Assembly: GCF_964355755.1 (NCBI RefSeq)
Contig: NC_092677.1
Coordinates: 27,887,175-27,951,174, forward strand
From: Antedon mediterranea
Lineage: Eukaryota > Animalia > Echinodermata
DNA: 64,000 bases
Direction: 5' to 3'
Below are positions 47,813 to 62,800 of the stretch, piece by piece. Numbering within the stretch: the stretch's first letter is position 1; each line of letters starts with the position of its first letter. The notes beneath the pieces were generated by a model. The model searched no databases and was not told where the DNA came from. It was given only the letters and a program-made list of their open reading frames with translations. The translations under genes were made by a program, and so were the position numbers.

Positions 47813-50800
47813 CTGTAGAGACATAAAATAGATAATATGAATTTTAAATTATTTATTTTTTACATCCCACAGTGTATAATTATTAACAGGATAAAAATAT
47901 AATAGAAAATTGGATTAACTTAAAAATAGCTACTACTATTGAAAAGAAATATGCACTTACCTCTCGTCTTACTAGAGGTGGAGGAGAACTGTCCTTTTGA
48001 TTCTGTTTTTTAAGCAAAGCCATCTTTGCGATTTCTTCATCTTCATCGATTAAGATCATAACATTCCCGAATGGCCTGCTCGCCATCGTCTCCATTTGTA
48101 TGAGTCGCTCCTGATGATCACGATGCGTCTCAAACCTCGTCTTAGCTTGCCAAACAATGACACACAACGCAAGAAGCAAGAAAAAGCACGCCAAAAACAC
48201 CGAGAAAAACACAAACAAATCGATGTGTAACTGATCCTGGTAATAATACATGATTCCTTGCGTCGTGTTGTCACGTTCCAAACTTTTCCCGAGAAGCGTA
48301 ACAAAAAATTTCCCGGTTTCCAACGGATGGTTCATGTATGGGAATGTAACCACTAAACGATTTTGGACATCAAACACGACAACTATGAACTTGGATGTTT
48401 CAACCGTTAAAAACGTGTTCAACCCACTTGCAGTTATCTCGTAATATTTGTAAGAATCCGAATCAGTGTCACGTCTACGTCTGTAACTCTGTTTTTCAAA
48501 CTCAACGTTACCATCAATATTTACTGTGTGTATTCCGGTGGTTTTATTTACATCAACAGTGAATATACTGTGATTAAAAGCAACGTAAACATCAAGTTTG
48601 CCATATGTGACGTCAATTGTCATTCGGATATCCAAGTTTTTAAACTTTGGTTGAACGGCAAAAAAAGATGATCGGCCATATGGAAGAGGCTCAGAATTAA
48701 TAGGACATTCTGTTAGTAAAAACAAACAACGATTTTAAGTGTTATTTATGTGTTTTTTGTTAGTTAACTAAAAAATAAAATGATCGTGAAAAACAAAAGT
48801 GCAAAAAAAAATGATACAAAAGATTATGAATTATAAAGTGAGGTAATAGCTTGCTGCAGTAAAGTGAAATAGGTACTGCAGCAATTAGTGACAACAGATT
48901 GTGGTTAACTTACGTGTCTGTGACCAGAAGCAGTAGTCTTGTTCCACTCTCATTTCTAAGTAACACTGGTGCCCATTGGTTGGTTCACCCACATACCGCT
49001 CAGTACACTTGGAACACTACAAAGAAATATTTGTGTTGCATTATAATTATATATTCTTTTTAGGTGCAATTTGTGGAGGGGTAGCTTGGTGGTTAATGTG
49101 ATTGCTTTAGAATCTCAAGGTCCAGGGTTCAATCCTGATCTAGTGCCATGGGTGTAACTCATATCCCTGTAAAACTATTTCACTCCCTGAGCTTCAACGG
49201 AGACTTAGTTTATAAGCACATTGTTTATTCATCCAATAATTTGTGGGCAAACTTGCTTTCGATTTGAATAAAAATATTCTTTAAATTACAAAGCATGTCA
49301 TTTTAATACCTGATGTTCATAACAAGGCTCCTGTAAAAGGCTGTCAGGACATTGAGGCGTACGAGTATTGTTAGCACAGTTACAATCAAGACCAGTCTCC
49401 TTGTTACAAGTTGACCAATGACCATTACATTCGCATCTAAAAAAAAATGTTGATGATGAAGGAAAAAGCAAAGTATTAATGAATGAATGTGCTATTTCCA
49501 AAGCATTTATTTGTCCAATATGTATTCATTAGAATTTTGTTTTATATGTACATTATAGGTCCAACCATTAAAAGATTAATGTTTATGCATATTATTTCCT
49601 TCTGGCAAAATGGATTTTACAATTAAATAAAACATACTGCCTGCATATTCCATTTTGTTTAAAGTATTCATCAATACATGTTTCACATCTTTGTCCGCTG
49701 CTATACCCTGAGCAATTAACACACAATGCATTCTCCAAAGGGCCATTTGTGAACGTTTCCTGCACCTAGATAAAAGCAACAATTCCAACAGTGAAAATAA
49801 CATAATATCCAACATTCATGGATATGCTAGAAGGAGGTCAAACTTTAGAAACACCACACCCACCCTACCTAGCCATGTCATAGGGGCAGAGACATTAAAC
49901 CAATTCAAAAACCATTTGGAGAAACAATGGCACTGTCATCCATAGCAGTTCTCGCCGTAATCGCACTGATGGAATTATTCAGAGAGACACACAAGCTTAA
50001 ATCTTAAGAAGTCTTAATATCAAGGTAGAAATCTTATTTTAAAACTTTCTATCCAGTAAATATATCAAATCTGTTCTTTTATTACCGAAGTGTTTTACAG
50101 AATGACAGATAGGTATATATATTGACATTTGACTTACTAATTCTGGAGTCAGACTCAATCCAGCAGTAACTGTTGAATTATATTCTTGTGCTGTTAAACA
50201 TATATCACTGTTACCATGGCAATATATTGTGCAGTTTGTACATGTCCCGCCATCCCGTGGATCTCCTACAAACAATGCTTGGCAATATTCACAATTATTT
50301 CCCTGAAATGAAAAAAAAAACAAATCAAGTCTTAAGCGCCTCGTCTACACTATCATACTTAATGTGACGTGATGTGCTCATATATGGACGTGATGTGCTC
50401 ATATATGGACATAATGTCATATCAATACCATATTTGGGCATATCACTACCATATTTGGGCATACCACTACCATATTTGGGCACATCACACAATGTTTGTC
50501 AAACTAATTTAGTGTAGACAGAGCTTTGGTAGTTTCTTCACTTTAGGATTAGTATTTAGATTAATGGTAATGATAAAAAAAACTATAGAAATGGTGACAT
50601 ACCATGGTGTTATCGGAACAGTGTATACAGTCATTCAATCCAGCCTCGTCATTACCAGAACAATGACTGTGTCCATTGCAATTACAAGCAATGCTACAGT
50701 CGACACCAACATAACCAAATAAACAGTCACAAACGTCAGGGGATATACATGTGCCATGGGCACATTCTGGGCTACACACTGGAACACAGCTTTCAGGGCT

Positions 50801-53800
50801 AATAAAAGATTAAAATAAAACACATATATTTAAATTGATTTTCATAGCTAGATACAAAGGGAAATGTCATTACTCACAAGAAAAGAAGTTTAAAACGCTA
50901 AAATACAAAGAAAGAAGAAAGGAATAACATTAATAAATAATTCTGTCACTGGCAGTTGGAAAGTCCCAGTGATTAGGTTTGCTGTTGGGAGTCCCCGGGG
51001 TTGAGCATGTGTAATAACACTTTTTGTCTATAATCAATAAAATCCACAATGAATTATGTCTAATAGTAATACCTTTTAGCCTCATATCCATATCTACAGG
51101 TACATAAGTAAGCCTCTTGCGTGTCATTGCATATCTGTGTGTCTCCACAAATGGCATGACCATTCAGACACTCATTCTCAGGAGGGCATGCCAAGAAAGA
51201 CCATCTTACACTACTGATGTCTGTGTAGTTGGCCATGTATGCTAAGAAGAGAGAGTATACTGTTACAGTCAATGACAAATGAATACCAAGAAGTGGTGTA
51301 AACTAAGTATCTGAGAATAAGAACTTAAGGTTTTGTGTATGGTCCTGTATGGTCCGGTCCATTCAACAAAACCTTATTCATGGGTTATGGCGGTAAACTA
51401 AGTATTTAGGAATAAGGACATATGTATTGTGTTTTGTGTATAAATTTGTAAAAATTTAAAACTAGTGAATACCACTGATTAGAACATGAAATATACAGCC
51501 TCTGATCAATATATTGAAACATAGAAAGACACTCAATAAATAAAGAATGAATTACCTGGCATTTCTCCAGAAGACAAACTGATCACGTTCCCTTGGCATA
51601 CACCACCAGTAGGGCTAAACAGTCCCCCTTCCATACAAACCCCAATACCATTAGCGTTATCAACAGAACACCAACCACAGCCTGGAGTATTGATGCAGTC
51701 AGCACAGATGGTAAGCATGTAACAAGGGATGGGGCAATAAGCTGATTGGTCAGATATGATGGTACCACACTCTCCTGTTGCACAACGAAGCAGCAGATAG
51801 CTTGGAGACAAACACTGTAATTAAATAAACAAGATGCAGTCATATTGTAATGCTCTGTTCCTAACGCTTTTTGCCCTTAAAGGCTTTTATAGTGAAATTA
51901 TGAACCACAGTAAGATTCAAACAAAGATTTTGTTCAAATATGGTAGCGATATGCCCAAATATGGATATGATGGATATCGATATGACATCATAATGTCTAT
52001 ATATGGGCACATAACATGTTTTTGTCACTTTTATAGTGTAGACAGCACTTTGGTTAAGTTTTCAATACCATCATTATATTATCTTGAACTATGATATTGT
52101 AAATTTCCTGCAAAGGATGAAATAAAGTTGACTTGACAGTCTGACTTACCTCATTCAACCACCTACTCCAGTAACACTCCTTCCAGCCCCCATCTGCACC
52201 ATTACTATCTAGGCATGTGTTACAGTCAATGTGTTGGTGACACCTAGTGGGGCATGCATCGGGTGGGGAACTTTGGAAGACATAGCTGGCAGGAACATAG
52301 TCCTTAAGGGACTCTAGAAAGCATCTCCAGTCTACAGTAGGCTCTGTGTACAACTGGAACGTTAAAACTCCTGCAGAAAAGAATTTTTTAAATTTTATTA
52401 TTCAGAATGGAATCGAATATATTCATACAAAGAAAATATACATATACATTTTTATCTTAAGTTCTGTCTACACTATCAAACTTTATGTGACAAAAAAAAT
52501 TGTGATGTGCCCGATGTCATATCACTACCCTAATTAGGGCAAATCACACTATTTTTGTCAAACTAGTTTGATAGCTTTACATAATGGAATGTATGTATGT
52601 AATTCTCACCTGTTTGTTCATACTGCCTTGTCCACATACATCCCTTTGACAAACATGTTTCACATTTAGATGCTTCACATATTGTACATCTAGCCGTTGA
52701 TGTTACAATCTCTTCACTAGGTTTGTTCAGACTACAGTGCCTTACTAGAGGACATTTCTTATCCCTTTTCACACATGTTGTTTCTGTGCAGTTCCTGCAC
52801 CATCTACAAGGCTACAAGGATGTATGTGTTTATAATTATCTTGAATGAAAGAACTACTTCTAAAGCATTTATTGTCCAATATAACAAGCTACATTAGAAA
52901 TCTGTTTTTGTACAATACAACAAACTAAGGCTCTACTACACTTTCAAACATTATGTGACAAAAAAATGTGATGTGGACATGATGATGTCACTACCAAATT
53001 TAAGCAAATCACTACCATAATAAGGCACATCACATTTTTTTGTCAAAACTAGTTTGATAGTGTAAACAGAGCTTAAAATTTATACATCGACACAAACTTA
53101 TAAATATACAAGAATTGAAGTGATTCAATATAAGGCATTATATACCAACAGAAGGCCACTTAAAAAGTGCAGTACAAATACACTAGAAATAGAGATTCTA
53201 AAGTGTACATTTATTACGCTATAATAGTAAAGTTGTAACATTTGAACACTGTAACAATTTGAAAATGCAAACCTGTTGTCCGTTGGGTAATGAAGGAAAG
53301 ACTGCTAGACACTCACTACACGTCTGAGCGTGCTCACAAACACGATTAACAATACGGTCATAACAGGTCACCTCACCAGGTACAAGTTCATCAAAGGACC
53401 CAGAACAACTAAAAACACAATATTGTTTATGATTAAATTTAATATTATTGTAAAAAGGCAACCAGTGTAACAAATAAATATAAATAAGTTATTACGTTAA
53501 AGTTATTTATATTTGTTACGTACAGATATGCTATGCAAAACCTGGTAACAGCTACAACAGCATCATACCATTTCATAGTAACAGAAGATCTTACAATTTG
53601 AAGTAGGCCTCAACATTACAATTTTACTATTATATAAAGCAATTTATAAAACTAAATACCTTATCTTGCCTGTAGAAGCACATGTTGATGATGTTGTATT
53701 AGTAACACAGGCAGAACATCCTGGTACTTTGACACATTCGTCTGTATTGCCATCATAAATAGCACACAGGTCATTTGGTATGTGTAATCTATAGAGGGCG

Positions 53801-56800
53801 CCACTTGTCATACCATTATAACCACCGTAGACATACGTTGTATTTACATTAAACCCCACAGCAGCTACTGATGATGCTGGTAGAGGTGAACGACCAGTAG
53901 TAAAATCTGGTATGATAACAATGAAAATATCAAGGAAAACAAAAAAAACTTGTTTGTTATGTAATGGTGAAAACAAACTTGCTACAGCTGTCTTTTGCAG
54001 TATTCTATTAAGAAACCTGTGTTCGCAACAGACAACGCAAGTCTTTCTTTATTCAAATAAAAATTAATTAACAAAAAACTTCTTCGTTGAGTAGTAACTT
54101 AATGTTCAAAATATTCAAAACATACTGGTTACTTATTACATTTTTCTAAGTTTGTGCTCAAATACGTTTGAAACTATGAAACTAACTTACTGTTAATTCC
54201 CAGATCATACCAAACATTGCATTGATAAGAGTAAGACATTAAAGTACTAGAAACATTATGTTCCTCAGTGGCACCTCCAATTACCAGCATATAGTCATCC
54301 GTGCTTACAGCCGAGTGAAATACATGCGAGAATGGCTGAAACAAACATTGTAGATTTGATTAAGTAAAGACGCAGAAAGGTCAAGCAAACTGTCATAGGC
54401 GTAGTAAATGGAACTTAAGGTGACCCGGATCCAGGGCCTAAAAAAGTGGTGAAATGAAGGTCGGAGCTTAAATTTGATGTCCTATCTTTTGCGTTACAAT
54501 TTGGGCCCTCTGGATCCGCCACTGAGGTCAAACACTGCCATCACCCGAAGAACACAGTTGATGATGGACCCTTATGATGCAATAGTATACAAATAATGAA
54601 TGTTAAGGAGTTGGATGGTGAGAATATTTTATGATGGAATAGTACAGAATCTATTCAACCTGTTATTGGTGTTTACACATATTTATCAATAGAAAAACTA
54701 TTTAAAAAAAAAGATTTATAATCTTACAGCTTTATTTGACTCTATTGGTAAAATGCTCCAGACACCTTCACTAGGACGAAGGGTGTACAACTGGTTTGAA
54801 GCATACACTAGATCAACGTGAAATCCATATCCTCCGAAAACATAGAGGGCACCTGTCTGTTCATGATACACAGCTGAGTGACCATATAAACCTATTGAAA
54901 AGTACACATTTTTAATTTATATATTAAAAGAAAACTTTACAAATAACGTAAAACTAATTTAAAAAATGAATACTATCACAGTTGTTGTTTTTCTAAATTA
55001 TCTTGATTCTTAACCCAATGTTTTGATTTCTTACCTGTAGGTGGAGAGCCTTGGCTTGTTCTTTCCTCCCATTCATTTGTTGGTATATCAAATACAAAGA
55101 ACTTCTCAAGAAAGCCATTTTCAGGGGAATATCCTCCTATTAAAAACAGCTCATCATCTACAACTGTCAAAGTATGGCCAGCCAGGGGTGTGACAGCCTA
55201 TTGTAAAACGGTAATAATAACATATGTACAGTGATATGATATAGTATCTTTAAAGGTTAAAATTAATTGAATGCTATTAAAAAAACTGACCTGAAGTTCT
55301 GTCCAGCTGTTTAGTTTAAAATCGTAGGCCCAGAAATCGTTTAACACACTAGAGTCTGCAATCCCTCCTGAGATGTAGAGGATATCAGCTGTGTAGGCTG
55401 CAGCGTGGAAATGCCTAGCAGGAGGCTTACTGGCCTGATTACCAACCACCTTACTCCAACTTGAGGTTGTTAGGTTGTACCTTAAAATGAAAACAAAAAT
55501 GCAGGCCACAAAATTAGCTCTGTAAATGATTTGTAAAAACATGCTACGTATAAAATTCCAGAGCTATCTCTGGTTAGAGCAGACATATACCAGAAAAAAA
55601 AATCTATATCTGCTTTACCAATAATAACAAATTAATTATATTCAAAAGGGAAAAACCAATTAGAACTTACTGCCACAGAGAATTAACATTAGAATTTGTT
55701 TGAAATGAGTAGCCTCCAAATACTACCATTGACTCATCTCTCACCACCATTGTGTGACCCATGACCCCTAATGGGAACGCATCAGCAACAACAGTTTGAT
55801 TGTGTGTATCTGAGTTAAACAGCATGGTCCAGATGGCATTGCTTGTGCTCAGTTCTTCTGAACATGATTCCCCACCAAATCCATTGACACAAACACACAA
55901 ACCAAAGTCCTACAATCAAAAGAAACAAGATTTGTAAAGCATTCATTCATAACCACATTGATTAAAAAGTCCACAAAATTAGTTACTAAACAAAATACTT
56001 AACCACACTCATTGTGTGGTAGTATCACACATAGTAGGTAACAGGTACAAATAGTTCACAAAACTATCCCAATAATTTCTTTCAAATAAATTAGTTTGAT
56101 TTATTTAATGTCATAATCTGGAATGTATTTTACAGAATCAAGAGATCTTTCCACCTACCTCATTACAAATCCCTTGTCCTCTGCTATAGCTGCAGTTCAA
56201 AGGGCAAAGTTCAAGTTCACAGGTCACACCACCAAATCCAGTTTGACAAACACATATTCCATTAATACACTCTCTATTACCATTACAACCTGATGGGCAA
56301 TCATGCACAGTAAACATGGCTTTGAAGCCACTGGAAGGTGAGCTGGTACTTGTGTCCGCCTCAAATATGACAGTCATGACACCTAGAAAAGAAAAGCCAA
56401 TCACTATAGTAAGCAATCAATTAAACTATCATTTCGGTTCACTATATGAACAAGAGCTACTGTTTTACTATAAAGCTCTGTCTACACTATCAAACTAATT
56501 GTGCCCAAATATGGTGGTGATATGCTCAAATATGGTAGTGATATGCTCAAATATGGTAGTGATATGACATCATCATGTCCATGGGCACAGAACATTTTTT
56601 GTCACATACTGTAAAGTTTGAAAGTGTAGACAGGGCTTAAGAAGATGGATGTGCCAACTCCAATATACTGACCTGATGTTGCCTGGACAACAGTATGTTT
56701 TTCGAGCGAGTTTGCTTCACAAAAACTTGCAAGATGAACAGAGCCAAAAGTAGAGTTATTTGAAATTGAGCTTGGTAGTCCGTCATACACATATACATAG

Positions 56801-59800
56801 TCACGCTGTAATCAAAAGGAAAAAAAAAATTGATCAATCGATAGATTTATGTTAGAAGAATATCTTTTACAATTGCAACTTTCAAACAAAATATGAAAAA
56901 TAATAAATAAATTAACACCAAAGGACAATTGAATACGATGACAAGAATGATAAATAATAATTTCACTTACCCCACACATCAAAGATATCTCCTCAATAGA
57001 GAGGGATATAGTAGGAACTGGTGTCAAAGGTGAAGGGTGACTAAGGTCATCAAAAACAGTAAGAATCCAACTACACAATGTTTGTTCAGGATTGGTAGCA
57101 CCATCACCCTCATGAGACCCTAATGTTGATGATGTTACATCTGTTATCACAAGTTTCACTTTGCATTCAAGATAGCATTTACCACCATCGCTGTTTACAA
57201 AACAAAACAAATTTTTTATATTTTTATCTTAAAATTAAATTTTTTTATACACCCGTTTTTAAAAACATTTTTTTAATCTCAAAGGTTTAATTTTTGTTTA
57301 CATTTTAATTTTTTAAATTTATTTTTAATTTTTATATTCGTTTAAACACTTTTTTTAAAATTCTTTTATGCTTCACTGTTGTAAAGTAAGTAGGTGTAAA
57401 CTCCAAATACATTATTACTATAGTTATGGTCTTACCGTGGATCACCATAATATCCTTCCTCACACAGTTGGCAGTAATCACCGCCTGTGTTATCTATACA
57501 GAAACAAACACCTGTAATGTTGTCACAATCATCCATGTTTGGGTCGCCATGGTTATTACAAGCACAATCATGGCAGCCATATTGTGTGGTAGCATCACCA
57601 TAGCTACCAGGTACACAGAGTTCACAAAACTCTCCCATCGTCAAATCTGTGTGAATATGAAAAGATTTTCAATCTTGTTAATCTTTTAATAAACAGAAAT
57701 TAATAATAATAATACTAAAAATAAAGGCTTGAATAAACATTAATGCATTACCTTGGCAACTATCACATGACCCAGTACCATTGATGCATGTACTGTGATA
57801 ATTACATCCACAACTAACTGAGCAATTAACATTAGTCCAACCTACATCACAGACACATTCATAATCAGGTGGCCCACTACAATGTCCATGTTCACAATCA
57901 TAGTAGCACCTGTATGCAAATAAGGTTGATAAACATTGTGAATAGACAAGTAAAACAAATTGAAATGGTTTTAAATGTCACTTATATTACTGAAGATTGA
58001 AAAATACTATATCTCAATCAAAATATGATATTTAATATTTTGATTGCTTCTCTCTCCATTAAGAAGACGGCCTAGTATTTCTGTCCTGTCAGTTCCACTG
58101 TCTTGGGCTGCAATCGATGTGTCTGTCCACACTCTGTATCCAAAGTTGTATGTAAATAATACAATACAAAAAGCTATAGTTTAGGCTTACTTACGTTCTG
58201 TTACACTCCAAAGATCCATCGCCTATAAACCCCTGAAGACACTCGCAATAAAACGATTCATCCGTGTCAATACACAAAGCATTCTCATGGCAATTATCTA
58301 AACCTAACCGACACTCTTCTACTGGCGGACATTCTGCATACGACCAATCAGCAGTCTCGTTGATGGTAGTATTGTAATCAATCGCAACAAGAGACTCACA
58401 AGAGAGTTCGCTAGATGGACCAACGAAATCACCTGAATGACAACTGAAGACAAAAAAAACTTTGTAACTTGTAATCATTGGGTTGAGCCTAATTTGATTT
58501 CTAGTCAATAACAAACCTTCTACATCCTGATTACAATGACTATATTTGTTAAAATTAGGTGGTAGGAGTATATAGTCCAAATTTAGGTTGGATTATACTT
58601 GTTTATATACGGTATAAAAGTTTGTACTTACTTTCCAAGCGTTGGGTTATTCTGATTCCCACACCATCCACACCTGAACGATTGCAAGCACTCACTGCAA
58701 CTTGTTAAGAGGCTACAATCAGGGCACTGACCTCTATCAGCATCATGCCAATGTTTACATTGACCATACTTATAGATAGACGTGTAAGCACCGTATGCAA
58801 AGCAATGCTGAGTGTCTTCACACCAGGCACATTCTCTGGATGAGGTCACACACGAAGAGCAATTGGTCCTAGAGTGACATGGACTAGGGCATTGACCACG
58901 GTCAAGCAAGCTGTATTGAAATCTCCCACGGCGTACACATTGCACTTCAGTTGGTAGCCATTCGCAAAACATACTTGATAGACAGTCCAAGCAATTTACA
59001 TACACGCTGCATGCCTCGCAGTAATCAGGGCTTGTGATCAGATAAGATGAGTTTAAGCCGCACTGATCACTGGTAACGTTTCTTAGTAAACATAGGTTAC
59101 GATCTGAGCACCAACTGCAACTGGAATCGCTAAGGCAAGCAAGGCAAGTAACGTGACCATCACAAGAACTACTATGATACGGTTGTAGGAATTCGTCATG
59201 AATCTCAATGGATATATATGGTAAAGATCCTATGCAGCTAATGCAATCCCAATTTATAGCCACCCATGATATGATGGGGGTTGATGCTACTGCTTGTAAT
59301 ACTTCTAGAGAGACATAGTATACACCGTCTACAGGTAGAGTTGGTAACACAGCGTCACCATTGTTTCGAGTTGCTATAGAATCTGAATTCTGTCCATTAT
59401 TAACACTTGCGACAAGTTCCTGAAAATCAATACAAGATTCATTTTAACAAATTGGTTTGTTGAAGCTTGGTTCCCACTTGGATGCAACACAAGGATGTAA
59501 GTGAGTTGACCAATCACAAGTGATATTTAGGATGATCTATTGTGTTCTGATTGGTCAAATTACTTACGGTGGTGCATTGCATCCAAGTGGGGACCAAGCT
59601 TTAAAATAAACATATATACATAAGAAAATATAAATATAAGTATTTTCAGCTACTTACCTTATTTTCTTCTGATGCATCAGTACTGATAGAAAGAGAAGAG
59701 GTTGCAGATGATGATTTTAAAGAAACTTTGACATCACCACCCTCAAGACCAGACACACCAGAAGGATGGATAAATCCACTGAACACAGCCTTCCCTGTTG

Positions 59801-62800
59801 TTATGGCATTTGGTACATCTTGATTTAACTGGAAGCCTACACTAGTACTGGATAGGATAGAAACCTACCAACAAGAATAATAGTAAATCTTATACTGTGC
59901 CCATCATTTTTTCAATCAATTCTCATTATAAATCTTACATTTAGTAACAACAGCCAAGATCTTCCATATTCACACAGCCACTGTCACTCATCAAGAGGGC
60001 CCCTTGATTGTCAGTATACGCTGTTTAGGGTCACCCTCTATAAATAAGGTGTAATAAAACTATAACGATGGAGTTGCCATTCACACAGCCACTGTCACTC
60101 ATCAAGAGGGCCCCTTGATTGTCAGTATACGCTGTTTAGGGTCACCCTCTATAAATAAGGTGTAATAAAACTATAACGATGGAGTTGCCATTCACACAGC
60201 CACTGTCACTCATCAAGAGGGCCCCTTGATTGTCAGCATACACTGTTTAGGGTCACCCTCTATAAATAAGGTGTAATAAAACTATAACGATGGAGTTGCC
60301 ATTCTTTGATTTGATACCAAACCACAACTTCATTTCTATTCATCACATCATAAGCATCATCATAATCAAAACGTCAGCCAGTAGAACTGTCACACTACTG
60401 TATGAATGTTTTATATTGAATAGATACAAAGTAATTGCATCATTTAAACTCTTAAGTTACCTTGTCTGGATGACTTTCATTAACTGGATATCTGAACTCT
60501 TTCCAAGTAATTCCAGGTGGTTTATCCAGGTGTCTGCACTGGTCAAATAAATTCAGTAGTGACCCTGGTGACTCCCACCATGGTGTTGGCGTCTCACTAT
60601 AATTTTCATCACACCGCCCAGAGGTTTCTAACAAAATAAAATGTTTAGATTGTCTCATTTAAAAAGAAAAAAAATATCACATTCACTATAATAATATATA
60701 TACAATATTTTTGTACCTAAATAATTGTTAAATTTAATTTTAAAGTTTTTCAAAATGTATTCTATAAGAAAAGAAAAAAGACTAACCATTGATAAATTGG
60801 CAAGCTCTTTCAAGGACACACCAGCCGCAAGCCCTTCCGTGTGAACTTTGACCCCATATCGTACAACTCTCGCATAAAGTCAACTTTGGGCAAATGCCAG
60901 CACATGTTTCTTGAAAATTTATACAATTCTAAAGAAAAAAATTATGTATTAAAAAGATAATATAATGTTACTCAAAGTGAAACATGTACAGCACTACGGT
61001 GTCTATTTAGGTTAATCATCCATTTAAGTGATTTGTCAAAAAAAAACACCAAAACTTACCGTTTTATCAGTTTTGTCAATGCATAATTGATCAGTTACAC
61101 ACCAACCACATTCAGGATCAACTAAACATGTTTCTTGTCTGAAATTAGAAGTATGTTTATTAATATCTTTCCTTTCAACATGATTTTGCAAATAAAGTTT
61201 GACAAAAAAAGTGTGATATGCCCAAATACGGTAGTGATATGACATCATCATGTCCATATATGGGCACATCACAACTTAAAGTTTGATAGTGTAGACAGAG
61301 CTTTAAAGTTAGTGATTTACATCCTACATCCTTTATGGTATGGGAGTGTTTGCTTACGTTTCATGTCTATAGCACTGTGACATGTTACTTGTAACAGAGC
61401 CAGGCATTTTGATTGCAATCAAGTCTTTGAGAACTGTTCCTCTGTAGCCACCAGTAACTAGCAACACATTATCACGCACTGCTGCAATGTGGCCAAATCG
61501 ACCTGATTCCACCGGAAATGGATTCTCTATGAATGGAAGAAATGGCAATGGTAATAATTCTATTGTACAATACAACATATATCGTATTTATTTGAGGGGT
61601 TTTTTGGGTGTAATACAGTAACATGTATAATCAAATAAATATGAAAAACAAATAGAAATGTGTTGTAATACAATATTGTGTATGCATGTGCCAGGGGCGT
61701 TTATGCGAGCAATAAATAAAGGCCCTAGGGCGTTTATTCACTATTATGGTGGAGGGGGAGGGGGGGAGGGTTATTCGGAAGCATTTATTCAAAGTGCAGC
61801 GTTTATACGAATAAATATGGAAATGCACTTTCAAAATCAAGTTTCAGTTCTATCTGTTTGTTTCGGATTTCGAATTTTGACATTGGTGGCGTAAATATTT
61901 ATTGTTGAACACAGAATTGTCAGCAAGATACAACGCTTACTATCTAATAGTAGATACTGGAATTTTCTTATTTCTGACAGTGATACGTGGGAGTACTACG
62001 TACGTTGTGATACGTGGGAGTACTACGTACGTTATTATAACCTTTAAGTTGTGTTAATGTTCTAGACTTGGATATTAAAATTATTTGTTAGGCTATTTAG
62101 TTCAGTTTTTCGATCGGCTAATTGGCCATAAGCCTGACTAGCCCGCGTGTAGTACTAGTAGTAGTTTGACTGTATGTATCTGCTATGCTGTTTTGCGGGG
62201 TTGTTTGCACACGCAGCTGTGCTGCCTTGTGCGTGTTTTCATTGAGTTTATTTGTGTTTCAGACTTTACCGAAGAATAAAGAACGGTTAAAGGAACTACC
62301 ACGAGTTTGTGTATCATTGTCCGGACTACTGTTCATGACAACAATTCTGATTTTAAAATTACCTGGTAGAAAGTCTTGTAGAATGTCATTCCATGCCACC
62401 CACTGGTAGCAACCGAGGTGGAACAATAATATCTCATTGGAAAAACAAATCTCAGCCTCTGTTACGCTTGAATTCACTGCAACATGATCATGCACATAAC
62501 CACCTGAAATATATGCAAATAAATATGCAAATATCTATTCTGAAAGATGGATCTACAGTACTTCCAAACTAGTCTCTTTAACAAATATTGGTCAATTGTT
62601 GCACATTATATTTTTTAATTGTAGTTTTATAAATACTTTTTTAAACTACTATACTGTATTTGACCAACAATGTAAATTCAATTAGTGAGAACAGTTGAAT
62701 CGTAACTTACCATAAACCACCATAAAATTTCCAATGACATTAGCGGAGTGGAAGGCCCTTTCTCGTGGTTTGTCAGCATCATCTATGTCCAACTTGTACC

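Noticed and set aside
49075-49150. Possible tRNA gene
   Set aside because: A and B boxes are present but acceptor and anticodon stems do not pair convincingly; treated as a SINE head.
50210-50223. X-box-like GTTACCATGGCAAT inside MEGF8
   Set aside because: Explained by codons for the laminin-EGF C-H-G-N motif.
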